Shown piece by piece: positions 18,140-26,252 of a DNA stretch of 37,755 nucleotides; position 1 is the first letter of the stretch, and each line of letters starts with the position of its first letter. Below the pieces are notes generated by a model. It saw only the letters and a list, made by a program, of their open reading frames with translations, was not told the DNA's origin and did not search any database. The DNA comes from a bacterium (lineage in GTDB: Bacteria; Zhuqueibacterota; Zhuqueibacteria; Oceanimicrobiales; Oceanimicrobiaceae), in NCBI GenBank assembly GCA_046758365.1, contig JBHIAC010000017.1, positions 1 to 37,755 of the forward strand, in the 5' to 3' direction. Position numbers and translations under genes: made by a program.

Positions 18140-19495
18140 CTAGTTGATGTAGCCGAGGCTGCGAAGCAGCTCGCGTTGTTTTGGCGTCACTCGATCCAGT
18201 GGTTCTGGCGTCCTCTGCTGGCGTCCGTCGCGATGTCGCTCGAGAACCGCCAGCAGTTGCGAAACCTCCTTCTCGTTCACGGCGGAGAGATCCTGCCCCT
18301 CCAGCGGGTCATTGACCACGGCAAAGAGCTTCTCCTCGTCGGTCCGCAGATTGAGAATGAGGTGCCACTTGGGGGTCATAACCGAGCGCAAGAACAACTG
18401 CCACTGCAGCTCGCTGATGCGGGTACCGGAGTTCGGATCAGTCCCTGGCTCCCTAGTAGCGAGAGGCAAGAGACTCTCGCCCTCCATGGTGCTGGGGACG
18501 GGCAGCCCTAGGAGGTCCAGAATCGTGGGCGTGAGGTCCACGAGGCCGACCGGCGTATCCACCCGCATGGGGGTCAGGCCCGGGGCCAGGATGATCAGCG
18601 GCACCATGAGCACTTCTCGGTAGAGCGTCCGTTCGTGTCCGATCTGGCCGTGCTCGCGAAACTCTTCGCCGTGATCCGAGGTGACCACTACGACCGTGTT
18701 GTCGAGGACACCACTCGTTTCCAGGAACTGGATGAACCGCCCTAGGTGCTCGTCGGCCTCACGGATGCTGGCGTCATAGGCATTGGACAGGAAGCGAACC
18801 TGCCCCTCGGAGAGCACCATCCGGTTATAGTGAGGATTGCCGCAGCGCCAGCGGGTGTCGATGAACTGTGCGTCCTCGGTCTGAAACATCTCGGCGTAGG
18901 GTTCGGACGGTGTGTACGGGCAGTGAACGTCGTAGGTGTGGAGAAAGCAGAAGTACCGGTCGTCCGGGCTGAACTCGCGGATCTGCGCGGCGGCCTCCTC
19001 GAGAATGGCGGGGAGTCCCCGGCGCGTGTCGTCGAAGAACTCAAATCCGCGGCCGAATCCGTACTCGGCGCCCACATAACCACCCTCGGTGTGACCGATG
19101 GTGCGATAACCTTCTGCCCGCAGGATCTCGGCCAGGAACTCGGTGTCGGGCCCTGGCTTCAGCGCCGGGTGCGTGGCACCATGAGTCGAGGGAAAAAGCC
19201 CAGTCAGCATGGTCACATGGGAGGGCAGCGTCCACGAGCACTCAGCCACCACGTGGCGGAACAGAACCCCTTTCTCAGCGAAGGCATTTAGGTTGGGGCT
19301 GGTGTCACGAGCGTAGCCATAAGCCCCTAGCCGGTCGGCGCGGAGGGTGTCGATCGAGATCAGGATCAGGTTGTAGCGACCGGCCGACCTTCCCTTGAGA
19401 CACCCATAGATGCCCAAGGCGGCCAGAAGAACAGCCGCGAGCACAATGGGAAACAGGGCGCGCAACCTGAGTTTCAAAAATTCTCTTCGTTTCAT
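18140..19495 (-). CDS. Sulfatase-like hydrolase/transferase, GC-rich, Thr at the nucleophile position
   Basis: ISIDTLRAD, WTLPSH, HTYDVHCPY, SDHGEEF, DLTPT, C-terminal LRSLGYIN; N-terminus has a twin-Arg motif KRREFLK and lipobox-like IYGC. Confidence 0.9.
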   Translation of the reverse strand: MKRREFLKLRLRALFPIVLAAVLLAALGIYGCLKGRSAGRYNLILISIDTLRADRLGAYGYARDTSPNLNAFAEKGVLFRHVVAECSWTLPSHVTMLTGLFPSTHGATHPALKPGPDTEFLAEILRAEGYRTIGHTEGGYVGAEYGFGRGFEFFDDTRRGLPAILEEAAAQIREFSPDDRYFCFLHTYDVHCPYTPSEPYAEMFQTEDAQFIDTRWRCGNPHYNRMVLSEGQVRFLSNAYDASIREADEHLGRFIQFLETSGVLDNTVVVVTSDHGEEFREHGQIGHERTLYREVLMVPLIILAPGLTPMRVDTPVGLVDLTPTILDLLGLPVPSTMEGESLLPLATREPGTDPNSGTRISELQWQLFLRSVMTPKWHLILNLRTDEEKLFAVVNDPLEGQDLSAVNEKEVSQLLAVLERHRDGRQQRTPEPLDRVTPKQRELLRSLGYIN

Positions 19496-19519
19496 TTTTT
19501 AAGCCCTTCTGGTTTAATA

Positions 19520-19785
19520 CTGAAGTGGGTTTTACAAAATTAAGAGCTTATTGATATTACATGATTTACAATACCGTATTTTACCCCTTTGCCCATAATG
19601 GTTTCAAAATAAAACGCTTGTTGAAAGAGTTGTGTTCCATTTTTTGCTGTAGAATACCTCCAATTTCCATTTGTGTGGAAAATAAGAAGCCTGATAATCA
19701 CGGATTTCACAGTCTGGGCATGAAAGTTCTGAGTTAGTTTCCATTCAAATTTCTATCTCATCGTTATAATTTGATCACCGCTTTA
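19520..19785 (-). pseudogene. Possible decayed IS remnant (InsA-like zinc ribbon fragment)
   Basis: Minus-strand short ORF METNSELSCPDCE...FYSKKWNTTLS; the second CxxC appears eroded (AGC and TGG codons are each one change from Cys). Confidence 0.3.
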
Positions 19786-19837
19786 ATTCAAATTGCATTC
19801 GTGCACTCAAAATTATATTGCTTGACCAGAAGGAAAG

Positions 19838-21763
19838 CTATCCACCTTCCGACTGATCTTGAGGAGCAACATACTGCAAATGGTACAGATTATAGGTTGT
19901 ACGCGTAAGAGTTTTCATGACTGGTGCATAACCTGCTTTGATAGCAAGCGGCGACACGTTACGCGGCGAGGGGCCCAGCCATGTGAAGCTCTCAATTTCC
20001 TGCTGCTGCATTCTCTGGAGAAGAGGAGTCAAATGGGATTCGTCACGCACGAAGAGGATCTGCTTGTGCGGATATGCGGGTGCAGCAGTCATCGCGATCC
20101 ACCACATCCCCGTGATGATAATCTCATCTCTGCTTTGCATGACCGCCTCTGTGAGCTGTCGGTTCATGCGCTGCGTACTCTCGATCTGTCGGTAGCCCTG
20201 GAATTGAAGCACTACGGATACGACCAGAAGGAGACTTATGCCTGCGAGCAGTGACTTGGCACCGCCTGCCCAATTCCTAGCAATACGAGCATCTCTCTCT
20301 GGTAGCAAATTCTCAATGACCGACCAGGACAACAGCACTAGAGCAGGTACTGTCGCGAGCAGGTAGCGAGAGCCCCACTCTGTACCGCCGAGTGTTGTCT
20401 TGAACAGCACCGAAAACGTGTATACTGCTGTTACAACAGCAAGCATCTGCCGGAACTGCAGTAATGAATCGTGCTTGTCGTTCGTTCGACGCAGCGAGGC
20501 CGCAAAAGCCAGTACCAGAAAGGGACAAACATAGAACAGACTATGGGCCTTTTGAGGATAAAGACAGCTCCATACGCCGCTCATGAATATAGCGACGAAC
20601 AGGAGAATCGAGAGACGCCGTCCCTGGTCTCGGCGCCAAACACCAGCGGCTGACAGCACAAACCAGAGGATGATTGGAACTGCCATAACGAATGACGTCT
20701 GGAGATCAGACCTCGCTGGCAGAGATGGTTCATCCAGCATGAGAGCCAACTGTCTAGCCCCTACAGGATTATGAGCACTCCACCCAAAGAGCGTAAAATA
20801 GGCGCCCAGGATCAAATCCCACGGGTACTGCAAGTAGTACAACATTCCGCCTGTGGTTCCAAGTCCCACATTACTCAGATGTGGACCGAATGGGGTTCCA
20901 TAGACACTCTGGTTGATGACAGCGAGCGGCACCATAATCAGAACCGATCCCCCTACCAGGGCAAGGATAGGGTTCACAGCTTGGCGACGATTTATCCAGA
21001 TGGCGCCCACAGCGAGCGCAACCGGGTATGGGATGAGTATCTCATGAAACCAGACACCAGAAGTAGCAGCGGCACCTGCTGCGAACCAGAGGCAGAGGCG
21101 CCCCTCCTTTGCAGCGCGAACGGCCAAATAAAGCGAGATGGCAGCGATGCCCGTGGTTAAACTGTGGTCCCAGAACACCTGACTGTAAAGGGCAACAGGA
21201 GTAGCGACAGCCACTAACAACATCGGCGCAATTGGGAAGCGGAACCTTAGCTGTCGTGCTAGCCCGTAGACCGCAAGAGCAGTACCGAGTCCGCCCAGAA
21301 TCGGTGCGATAGAGAGTCCCAGATAACCGAAGCCATCAAAGAAGACAGCACTGATCATGGCAAATAGGAAAGAATAGAATATGTAGCTCTTTCCCTTATT
21401 TTGAAACTCGAAAATAATGAGAGGGCTGTTTTCGTGTCCGGGATCGAGAACCTCTGCCGGATACGAAATAGACCAGTCAGGCCAGTGTTGCACAATGGAC
21501 TGCACTTGAATGAATCGTGCACCGCAATCGGGCGACCAGAAGCTTTCGATTGATGCGAGTCGTTCCGCGCCCAGGAAATACAAGCCGAGTATTCCCACAA
21601 GAACCACACCAACCAGGAAAGATGAGGAGCTTCTGCCTACATGCAAATCGCCATCAGCAACGTGAGTGTGCACAGGACGATTTGACGCAAGAGTCTTTCC
21701 ATGATGGACTCTTCGATTACTGCTCGAAAGCTTTCGGTTCCGTCTCTTGACTTTTTTTTTCAT
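19838..21763 (-). CDS. GT-C fold polyprenyl-phosphate-sugar-dependent glycosyltransferase (putative arabinofuranosyltransferase)
   Basis: More than 10 TM segments, Asp in the first external loop (SPDCG), YSQVFWDH, WGSRYLL motif, and position next to dprE-like genes. Confidence 0.75.
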   Translation of the reverse strand: MKKKVKRRNRKLSSSNRRVHHGKTLASNRPVHTHVADGDLHVGRSSSSFLVGVVLVGILGLYFLGAERLASIESFWSPDCGARFIQVQSIVQHWPDWSISYPAEVLDPGHENSPLIIFEFQNKGKSYIFYSFLFAMISAVFFDGFGYLGLSIAPILGGLGTALAVYGLARQLRFRFPIAPMLLVAVATPVALYSQVFWDHSLTTGIAAISLYLAVRAAKEGRLCLWFAAGAAATSGVWFHEILIPYPVALAVGAIWINRRQAVNPILALVGGSVLIMVPLAVINQSVYGTPFGPHLSNVGLGTTGGMLYYLQYPWDLILGAYFTLFGWSAHNPVGARQLALMLDEPSLPARSDLQTSFVMAVPIILWFVLSAAGVWRRDQGRRLSILLFVAIFMSGVWSCLYPQKAHSLFYVCPFLVLAFAASLRRTNDKHDSLLQFRQMLAVVTAVYTFSVLFKTTLGGTEWGSRYLLATVPALVLLSWSVIENLLPERDARIARNWAGGAKSLLAGISLLLVVSVVLQFQGYRQIESTQRMNRQLTEAVMQSRDEIIITGMWWIAMTAAPAYPHKQILFVRDESHLTPLLQRMQQQEIESFTWLGPSPRNVSPLAIKAGYAPVMKTLTRTTYNLYHLQYVAPQDQSEGG

Positions 21764-21782
21764 AAAAACAAACAACCTTATC

Positions 21783-21874
21783 AGGCTTCTGCATACTCAA
21801 CATGGGTGTACAGGCTTCAGCCTGCCTATGACAATTTCAACCTAAAGGTTGTACACCCTATTTTACAGAAGTCT
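21783..21874. repeat. REPIN/MITE-like palindromic element, copy 2
   Basis: GGGTGTACAGGCTTCAGCCTG...CAACCTAAAGGTTGTACACCC within AGGCTTCTG...CAGAAGTCT; homologous to 3189-3296. Confidence 0.85.
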
Positions 21875-22006
21875 AACAACCTTAATATAAAAGGAAACTA
21901 CCAAGTAATTGAAAATCCGGTATTATTTCAGTTATATTTAATCACAATCTGCCCTTCGTGTTAATATACTTGCTTTTGGCCAATTCACCAACTTTTACTG
22001 CTGTTC

Positions 22007-22744
22007 TTACAGGTTCATTCTTTTGAAAAGGGGCTCTGGCAGTAATCTGATACAAAACATGATCCAACGCCAGAACCACGGTATGTAAACAACATCTTTA
22101 CCCTTAATAATCGCCTCATAAATCTTTTTGCCAACTACGTTGGCATTAACATAGAGAAAATTTTTGGGCTGAGCGGCTGTCATTGGGGTATTAACGAAAC
22201 CTGGTTTAATTGTAACCACTGCAACATCGAATTTGTAGAGTCGGTTTCGTAGCCCTTGTAAATAAATGCTTACAGCCCCTTTTGCTGCTCCATAGATGTA
22301 ATTACTCTGTTTACCGCGATCACCTGCTACGGAGGTGATGACTGCAATACAGCCATGTTCTTGCTGTTCAAAGTAACTCTTAAGATGCGTTAGTAGCGAA
22401 ATAACGCTTAGACAATTCGTGGTTAATTCTTTCATTGTTTCTTCAACACTCTTTTCGCAAAGCCTTTGATCAGGTAGAGTTCCATGAGCAATCAGAACTA
22501 TATCCAATCCATCTAGGCTCTTTGTAGCGGCTGATACCAGTTCCGCATGCCGGTCAAGGCAGTTCATATCGAAAGGGAATATTTCTACTTTGCTTGCCCC
22601 TCTTACTCTTAAATCGTCGGCAACCGCTATGAGTTTTTCTTGATTACGGCCAGCTAGAAATAACCATGCTCCGGTCGAAGCAAAGAATTTTGCCGTTTCA
22701 TGGGCAATTGCTGATGTTGCACCGATAATGAAAACTTTTTTCAT
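22007..22744 (-). CDS. dprE2: SDR oxidoreductase, decaprenylphosphoryl-2-keto-pentose reductase-like
   Basis: IIGATSAIA, SVAGDRG, YxxxK (YGAAK), KPGFV; ATGA overlap with the FAD oxidoreductase. Confidence 0.85.
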   Translation of the reverse strand: MKKVFIIGATSAIAHETAKFFASTGAWLFLAGRNQEKLIAVADDLRVRGASKVEIFPFDMNCLDRHAELVSAATKSLDGLDIVLIAHGTLPDQRLCEKSVEETMKELTTNCLSVISLLTHLKSYFEQQEHGCIAVITSVAGDRGKQSNYIYGAAKGAVSIYLQGLRNRLYKFDVAVVTIKPGFVNTPMTAAQPKNFLYVNANVVGKKIYEAIIKGKDVVYIPWFWRWIMFCIRLLPEPLFKRMNL

Positions 22745-24072
22745 GCGTTGTTCTCCTCAGATGAAACTGCAACCCGTCGCCAGAAGCTAGAGGTAAACTT
22801 CGGATCGATAAAACAAGAAAACGCTTTCCACTGCGGAAAGTATTTTTGAAAGCTTTTTGCAGACATCCGCGCATCTTTGGCTGGGTAGACTGAACCTCGG
22901 GCCTCACCAACAATCTCATCTAGTTCATCAAGCAGTCGTAAAGTCTCAATGCCACGATATGGAAAGTCTAATGAAAGTGTCACTCCCGGTTTTGGAAACG
23001 AAAGCATACCCAGAGACCGGATATTCCCGAATTTTTTTAATACAGCCAGAAATGATGCTTTCCCACCGCGAGTAACATGGATGAGAATCGTTCGAATTGC
23101 CTCATAATCATCAAACGGCACAACACATTGATATTGGAAAAAGCCTCGCTTACCATATAATCTATTCCACATAAGTATTGAATCAAGCGGATAAAAAAAA
23201 GGTTTAAAGTAAATGATATTCTTCTTTTGTTTGTGCATTTGAGTGTAATAATACAGGTTGTTAAAAGCCTTCATTGTCAATCTATTGAGCAAGAAAGCAG
23301 GAAAATCACATGGTACTCGCACGGTTCGGGGATGCTTCACCTTTGGTCGAGTAGAACTTTTACCTTCTGTATGATTACCTCGAAGGAATACACCTCGTCC
23401 TAGCTTGTCACCTTGTGCAAGGCAATCTACCCAGCCAACAGTATACTGGTAATTTTGATCGGAATGTGTGCTAATTTCAAAGAATTCCTCGAGCGTAGCA
23501 AAGCAAATACGCTCCATTTCGATAAAGGGACCGGGGATAGGTATCAATTGAAACTCTGCCCAGAGAATAAGGCCAGTCAATCCCAATCCGCCAATCGTTG
23601 CCCTAAAAATTTCTGCATTCTGAGAAGGGGAACAGATAAGGCGATCACCACTGGAACGAAGGAGCTCGAACTTTTTCACATGACACCCAAAAGTGCCGGC
23701 TTTATGGTGATTCTTACCGTGAACATCATTAGCAATGGCACCACCGACAGAGACGTACTGCGTACCGGGAGTTACAGGCAAAAACCAACCAGAAGGGACA
23801 ATCAACTTCAGAATCTCTGCCAAGGTTACTCCTGCTTCACATCGAATGATACCATGTTTATTATCAAATGCAATAAAACGTGAGAGAGGCTCCGTGTCAA
23901 GAAGAATACCGCCATCGTTGAGGCAAACATCGCCGTAGCTTCGCCCTTGAGCATAAGGGAGTACGGGTTGAGTAATCGCCTTGAAGCAAGGTATCTCACT
24001 TCGTGAAAAAATCGGTATAATTAATGTATGTTTGGCCTTGGGGTACCTGCCCCACGACTCATACTGCTTCAT
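22741..24072 (-). CDS. dprE1: FAD-binding oxidoreductase, decaprenylphosphoryl-beta-D-ribose oxidase-like
   Basis: SWGR, GRSYGD, PVTPGT..VSVGGAIANDVHGKNHH, FFYPLD, QYQ, FLAVLK, Y.AKD motifs. Confidence 0.9.
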   Translation of the reverse strand: MKQYESWGRYPKAKHTLIIPIFSRSEIPCFKAITQPVLPYAQGRSYGDVCLNDGGILLDTEPLSRFIAFDNKHGIIRCEAGVTLAEILKLIVPSGWFLPVTPGTQYVSVGGAIANDVHGKNHHKAGTFGCHVKKFELLRSSGDRLICSPSQNAEIFRATIGGLGLTGLILWAEFQLIPIPGPFIEMERICFATLEEFFEISTHSDQNYQYTVGWVDCLAQGDKLGRGVFLRGNHTEGKSSTRPKVKHPRTVRVPCDFPAFLLNRLTMKAFNNLYYYTQMHKQKKNIIYFKPFFYPLDSILMWNRLYGKRGFFQYQCVVPFDDYEAIRTILIHVTRGGKASFLAVLKKFGNIRSLGMLSFPKPGVTLSLDFPYRGIETLRLLDELDEIVGEARGSVYPAKDARMSAKSFQKYFPQWKAFSCFIDPKFTSSFWRRVAVSSEENNA

Positions 24073-24136
24073 TTTCTGTATTTTTCGCTAAGTTTTACCT
24101 TAATTTTGCACATATAAATTCGCATAGAGGTTCTTT

Positions 24137-25579
24137 TTAGATTGATGCCACAATTATGATGAAAGCGACCAGGCATCCCACGGCATAGCTATTTCGATCT
24201 TTTACGGTAAACACAATAGGATCGTCCAGCATCTCTCCTCGATGAGCAAGAAACCACATACGAGTGACCCAGTACAGTAATAACGGACCTATAAGCCATA
24301 AGAGCATTGGATGATTGTATAGTTTTACTACTTGGTTGCTATTAATATACAAAACAAGAACAAGGATAGCGAGATACCCCGTTGTCGGGCCTATGCTTCT
24401 GAAGAGCTCGATATCCTTCAAAGTATAGCCTCGGCCTTTAGAGCGAGACACTTTGTTTCCTTTCATGATAAGAAGCTCAGAATATCTCTTTAAGAACGCC
24501 AAGCTCAGAAAAATAAACATCGAAAACGCAAGCAACCAGGGTGAAACATAAATATTTACAGCTACTGCACCTGAAAGTACACGAAGCGTGTAGAGTGCGG
24601 CCAGGACGAGAACATCCACAATAAGAATACGTTTCAAGTAGAAAGAATATATTGTCGTCAGAAGATAATAAAACGCCAAAAGGATGATGTAGTTAATAGG
24701 TAGATAAACTATTGCAATCGTAAAACTGCTCACAATTAGAAACGGGATCAAGAATATGCCTGTCTTTATTGGCAACAGTCCGGCGGCAAAGGGACGAAAC
24801 TTCTTGGTTGGATGTTGTCTGTCAAATCCCAAGTCTAAAATGTCATTCAATATATAGACACTCGAAGCGCAAAGACTGAATGAAAAGAAAGCAATAATTG
24901 TCTGTATAACTAACTCTATTTCGGCCATCTTATGTGCCATGAGCAAGGGAACAAAAAGCAGGGTATTTTTAACCCACTGATTAACACGAAGCGCGTTCAC
25001 CAAAATTGGGATTGGATTTGTACGTGGAGAAAAAATGCGATACACAGAAGAAATTCGACGAACGCGTTTGACCAGTCGTGAAGAAGGGTGAACAAGAATT
25101 GCTCTTCGGGCTGCTTGCCAGACAGCGAGGTCAACAGATGCATTACCCATATAATCAAATCCTTTGTGGCCAAAATTTTTTTGAAGTGCACTGAGTTTTC
25201 GCCGGCCAGATAAATTCACTTTGCCATTACTAGCGATAATAGAAGAGAAAATTTTAAGATAATTTGCTATGTTTTCAGCAACCTGTTGATCAGCGGCAGT
25301 CACTAGAATGAGTTTTCTCCCGGAACGTTGTTGTTCCTTTAGGAAAGAGAGGACATCTTTACGATACGGAAGGTATTCCGGATTGAGGACTACATGCCTG
25401 ACAAGTTGGCGTTTGAAAATGGCTTTGCCTCGAAATATCCAAAATAGTACGGCCCAAAACCCAAGCGGTGCGGTTTTAAGCAGAATAACTAATGACTCTA
25501 ATAATGTATCGGTTGCCAGGAGGGTGCCATCCAGGTCGACACAGAGAGGTTTACTATTTTCGGTAGCCCGAAGTGTCAT
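24137..25579 (-). CDS. HAD-fused UbiA-family polyprenyl-phosphate phosphoribosyltransferase
   Basis: N-terminal HAD motif DLDGTL; UbiA motifs QWVKN, NDILD...DRQHP.K..RP, YSFYLK, DDP. Confidence 0.9.
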   Translation of the reverse strand: MTLRATENSKPLCVDLDGTLLATDTLLESLVILLKTAPLGFWAVLFWIFRGKAIFKRQLVRHVVLNPEYLPYRKDVLSFLKEQQRSGRKLILVTAADQQVAENIANYLKIFSSIIASNGKVNLSGRRKLSALQKNFGHKGFDYMGNASVDLAVWQAARRAILVHPSSRLVKRVRRISSVYRIFSPRTNPIPILVNALRVNQWVKNTLLFVPLLMAHKMAEIELVIQTIIAFFSFSLCASSVYILNDILDLGFDRQHPTKKFRPFAAGLLPIKTGIFLIPFLIVSSFTIAIVYLPINYIILLAFYYLLTTIYSFYLKRILIVDVLVLAALYTLRVLSGAVAVNIYVSPWLLAFSMFIFLSLAFLKRYSELLIMKGNKVSRSKGRGYTLKDIELFRSIGPTTGYLAILVLVLYINSNQVVKLYNHPMLLWLIGPLLLYWVTRMWFLAHRGEMLDDPIVFTVKDRNSYAVGCLVAFIIIVASI

Positions 25580-25651
25580 TATAGATCCTCAAATGCTTCA
25601 CTGATTGGTTAGTTTGATTTTTTATAACAAAAGCTAAGTAACTCATAAAAT

Positions 25652-25774
25652 AATTCATGACATTGGTGCAAAAAGCTGACCTTCTCATAATTAGTGTTTA
25701 GTTTGAATTTAAATAACTTGTGCAAACTACTTAAAATCAAAGAATTTAGCATTTTATAAGAAGGTTAGCTTTTG
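25652..25774. mobile_element. MITE-like element with imperfect terminal inverted repeats
   Basis: AAAAGCTGACCTTCTCATAA pairs with TTATAAGAAGGTTAGCTTTT; the left end matches 31846-31881 inverted (32/36). Confidence 0.55.
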
Positions 25775-25862
25775 AATTATTTTATATTAATTTAATTCAT
25801 TATGAAATTAAAGTTTAAAATGGGAATTTATAGAGATGTGCAAATATCTAAATTTAATATAC

Positions 25863-25958
25863 GGAAATTAAATTAGAGAATCAACAAATTTAATTCATTT
25901 TAAAACTTATAAACCCTCTAATTTAAGAGCCTTAATCTGTTTTTATAATCTTTAGGAT
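25863..25958. repeat. ~97-bp direct repeat, right copy, overlapping a minus-strand promoter
   Basis: Matches 10436-10533; minus strand TTGATT-17-TATATT at 25884-25856 points to the UbiA operon. Confidence 0.9.
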
Positions 25959-26090
25959 GGGCGTAGTCTCAATTCCATCTTTTAAAAATATCGTTGATTA
26001 TAACCATGATAATTTGTATTTTTTAATAAATGACGTAGGTGCAAAAGTAGTTAGCTAAAAATCTTATTTTGTAACTTGAATTATTCCTAC

Positions 26091-26203
26091 TCTGGACAAG
26101 CCAGAACCAAAATGAAAAAAGATGCCCACAGAAAAAGAACTGTCACAGAATCAGGATTAAAGATTTATATTCATTTCTGTGGTATTTCCATTTTAGTGGG
26201 CAT
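26091..26203. repeat. Hairpin repeat element
   Basis: TCTGG-ACAAG-CCAGA-ACCAAAATG head, then stems ATGCCCAC/GTGGGCAT and CACAGAA/TTCTGTG. Confidence 0.55.
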
Positions 26204-26252
26204 TTTCTTCTTATGATTAAAAAGAAATATTATATTTAAAACATCCAACCCC

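Noticed and set aside
17007..19291. Long alternative-frame and antisense ORFs (254, 211, 181 and 137 aa)
   Set aside because: They are shadows of GC-rich genes with few stop codons and show no recognisable motifs.
18140..19495. Canonical arylsulfatase
   Set aside because: It lacks CxPxR/SxPxR and has TLPSH instead.
21701..21964. 87-aa plus-strand ORF
   Set aside because: It runs through the REPIN and is antisense to the GT-C start; no coding features.
10436..25958. Prophage or integrase-driven island
   Set aside because: No integrase, phage gene or tRNA target lies within the window, so only the repeats are reported.
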